From: Massalongia carnosa
Lineage: Eukaryota
Direction: 5' to 3'
Assembly: GCA_965645245.1 (NCBI GenBank)
Contig: OZ287074.1
Coordinates: 1,054,001 to 1,118,000, forward strand
DNA length: 64,000 nucleotides
Shown here: positions 61,045 to 64,000 of the stretch, piece by piece
Layout: every line of letters starts with the position of its first letter
Position numbering within the stretch: position 1 is the first letter of the stretch
The notes under the pieces: model-generated
The model's input: only the letters and a program-made list of their open reading frames with translations
Database searches by the model: none
Told to the model about the DNA's origin: nothing
Program-made: the position numbers and the translations under genes

Positions 61045-62615
61045 CAAAAAAACCCACACAAATTTTCATCTTTGCAACCACTTCCACTATTAATCAATTA
61101 TGTGTTACCATAACTGAGCATGATAACGATGATGACAAAGATCATTATTCTACTCCAGTTAAATCAAAAGTTCAAGGCGCCGTTGAATTTTGCCCGCGCA
61201 TGAACATTCCTTACTTCAAAGAGGACGTTTTTCAAACCTTCAATGTCAGTCATCGTCAGGGATGGGAAATTCTTCACGATAATTCTTCTTCTCGACGAAG
61301 CCATAACGATTCAAATCAAGAAGAGACTCGGGGTCGTAAAAGTCTCATTACTTCACGCAAAATTCGAGAAATGGAGCGTCTTTTAGAAGAGGAGAGCATA
61401 GAGGCTCGCGCGTTGACTTGGGAGCAATTGGGCTATGAAGTTGGTTTGAACTGCACCGGACGAACGATTCAGAGAGCTATGGGTACTATGGATTACCACA
61501 AGTGTATCACTTGTAGAAAGGGCTGGGTCAACAAAAAATCAGCGAAGAATCGGGTGAATTGGGCTGAGTTCATGCTTCATAAATATCCTGAACCGGAGGA
61601 CTGGCACCGCGTACGATTCAGCGACGAGGTGCATTTTGGATGGGGTTCTCAAGGAAAATTACGAATAATTTGTCAACCAGGTACACGATATTGTCAGAAC
61701 TGCATTCAGGAAACAGACTAACCGAGTGAAAAGGATACAAAACGTCATCATTGCTGGGCCTCCGCAGAGCACAATTTCAAGTCGGACATTTACTTTTACG
61801 AGGTTTCTGGCAATTCGAATGGAAAAATGAGTCAGAAAGCTTATATCGAGCAAATTCTGGAATCAATCGTACTTCCATGGCTACAAACTGGTCAGAATCT
61901 CGTTTTGGAAGAGGATGATGACTCTGGTCAAGGACCAGGTAAATCGAATAGGACTTGATTGTCTAGCTACAAGGAGAAAAGAAACAGGAGAACGAATAGA
62001 CACGCCTATAAATCCTGATAACTGAGCTGGTCCACCTTCGGACGTCGCCTGCCCTGATTACCATGTTGACTTCGTCATGCTTTCGGCATGCACTTCCGCA
62101 ATGCCAGTACCTCATGACTGCACTCGGCACCCTCGGAAGACCAGTTTTTCCAGTTCCGATGTGACCTCAGCTATGGTCAGCTAACTAACTAGCTGTTCAT
62201 CTAAAGTCAGCTTGTCAGTTAACATGTGCTTCGTCACTCCGTGACATCGTACGCACTTGGAAGGCGAAACATGAGCTATAGCACTATTTTAACTGTTCTT
62301 CGTCTCCTGATTTGTCTCCCATTGAGAATAAAACAACATCTTCGTAAATATCCACATTGGGACGATGTGACCACTAAGGAGTTGATTTTGGAGGGATGGA
62401 GTCACGTTTCGCAGAAATATATCAACGAAAAGGTGGCTACAATGCCTGATCGTCTTCGAGCACTTATTTCTGGAGAAGGTAAAATGACTGGATATTAAAC
62501 GAAGCATCTAAAGTTCAATTGAGTATGTTTTTGATCAAACAATCATCGTGTAAGTGAAGTAAATTTGATGTGGTGAAATGGGGGAGAATTTGTGTATGCG
62601 GTTTTTTGTCACCCG
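61045..62615 (+). mobile_element. Degenerate Tc1/mariner-superfamily transposon, DD37E-type; ends approximate
   Basis: Transposase frame 61110-62498 with WHRVRFSDE, EEDDDSG, SPDLSPIEN; eroded inverted ends share caaaaaacc..acacaaatt. Confidence 0.85.
61950..62246 (-). mobile_element. Probable solo LTR (about 297 bp) inserted in the Tc1-like transposase
   Basis: Splits KSN from IVRTWK; minus strand starts TGTCACGG and ends in a pyrimidine tract then tagacaatcaagtcct; terminal CA and one TSD are missing. Confidence 0.65.
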
Positions 62616-62839
62616 CATGGGGGGTTATGACTCCTCTCTCTCTCTTTTATTTTACTTACGGCCGCGCGTTCCTGGAGAAGCGCTATGGATATGTGTTCCT
62701 ATAATATAATGTACATACCCACTCCTACTTGAACCTGCTATTTCTCTCTGTCGCCGTGAACGATCTACAGGCAATCAAAACGTCGTCTTTCCTTGAGCCG
62801 GGAAAGCAACGGTGGTTGCACATCTCCTCGGTATCAAAC

Positions 62840-64000
62840 ATGGCAACCGTCAGACCATTCGTCACCCTTGACCAGATTTCGCCCATCACCACTCCTCCGC
62901 CCTTACTCTGTCGAGACTTCCCAGCCAACAAGTCCGCACCCACACTGCACGAGCTCGACGCGCTATCTTTCGGCGCCCTTTATACCGGCCCATCCACCCA
63001 CGAAACCCATGCCTCTGCAACCCCAGCCAGCCCTCATATCGACTTCGAAAGGAGCCGGTCTCCGACCCCCAGCATCCACGAGGATGCCGCTCCTATCGTC
63101 CAAACCCTTTCTAACCCTTCAATGAATAAATACCGCTTCCTAAGCGCCTGCCTGATGTGCTTCGGCAACGGCCTCAATGACAGCGCGCCCGGCGCCCTCC
63201 TCCCCTCCATGAAATCCCACTACCGCGTTGGCTACGCCGCCGCCTCTACTATCTTCATTCTCAATGCGGTTGGCTTTATCCTCGCCTTCCCCCTCAGCCA
63301 CGCCCTGCTAGCGCGTCTCGGCCGCGCCAAAACTCTCGTGCTGGCCCAATCCTTCATGACGCTCGCCTACGTCCTGCTCGTGTGTGAGCCGCCATTCCCC
63401 CTCGTCGTGTGCTCGTTCTTCTTTGCCGGCTTGGGCATGGCGTTGAATTTGGCGCTCAACAACGTCTTCTGCGCCAACCTCGCCCATGCGTCGCAGACCC
63501 TCGGCGGCTTCCACGGCAGCTACGGCATTGGCGGCACTGTAGGCCCTCTCATCGCCACCGCTTTCGTCTCCCGCCACGGCGGCGGCGCGCACGGTAAAGG
63601 AGGCGGCTGGTCGGCATTCTACTTCGTGCCTCTTGGCATTGCGGTCCTGAATGCAGGAATCGCCTACTTCACCTTCCGTACCTACGAGAATGACAACCCC
63701 CCTTTAGCCATCAACTCGGAAGGCCGCCCGCCCTCGTCGTCCAAAACCCAGCTCTTAGTCTCAGCTCTGCGCAACAGATCTACGCTTCTCCGGGCGCTCT
63801 TTGTCTTCGCGTACCAGGGCGCCGAGGTCTCCATCTCCGGCTAGCTCATCTCCTTCCTCATTGCCTACCGGCACTCCAACCCCGCGCGCGTCGGCTTCGT
63901 GACCGCTGGCTTCTGGGGCGGCATTACGCTCGGCCGCTTCCTGCTCGCACATTCAGCGCACCTGCTTGGCGAGAAACGCGCCGTGGCCGTTCTCACGGCC
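62840..64000 (+). CDS. MFS transporter (BSC6/fucose-permease-like), runs off the window, in-frame TAG at 63842-63844
   Basis: GNGLNDSAPGALLP, HGSYGIGGTVGPLIAT, FAYQGAEVSISG*LISFLI, GFWGGITLGRF; frame continues after the stop. Confidence 0.85.

Overview
Gene-dense nuclear DNA from a filamentous ascomycete (Pezizomycotina-type genes with short spliceosomal introns). It holds about 24 apparently intact protein genes, including MLH1, IDI1, a peroxisomal GPAT/DHAPAT, SYN8, thioredoxin, an OTU protease, D-amino acid oxidase, TVP15, sreA, eIF2B-alpha, MRPS12, a KRE2/KTR-type mannosyltransferase, PAT1, U2A'/LEA1 and ALG3. It also has one tRNA-Cys, two decayed DNA transposons (pogo/Fot1 DD35D with an intron; Tc1-like DD37E with a nested solo LTR), a HAD-phosphatase pseudogene and an MFS gene with one TAG at a probable Trp codon. 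The standout observation is in intron 2 of the U2 snRNP A' gene: a 29-nt element almost perfectly complementary to the branch-recognition/stem IIa region of U2 snRNA, starting 8 nt into the intron, lacking the bulged branch A and containing an in-frame stop. This suggests an RNA-RNA autoregulatory loop. Other notable items are a CBC:HapX site plus an SreA box upstream of sreA, a possibly dual-targeted thioredoxin with AP-1 sites, a strongly enriched TACGGAGTA/GTACnnn motif family, and two GC-AG introns. Exon boundaries were read by eye; no database search was run.
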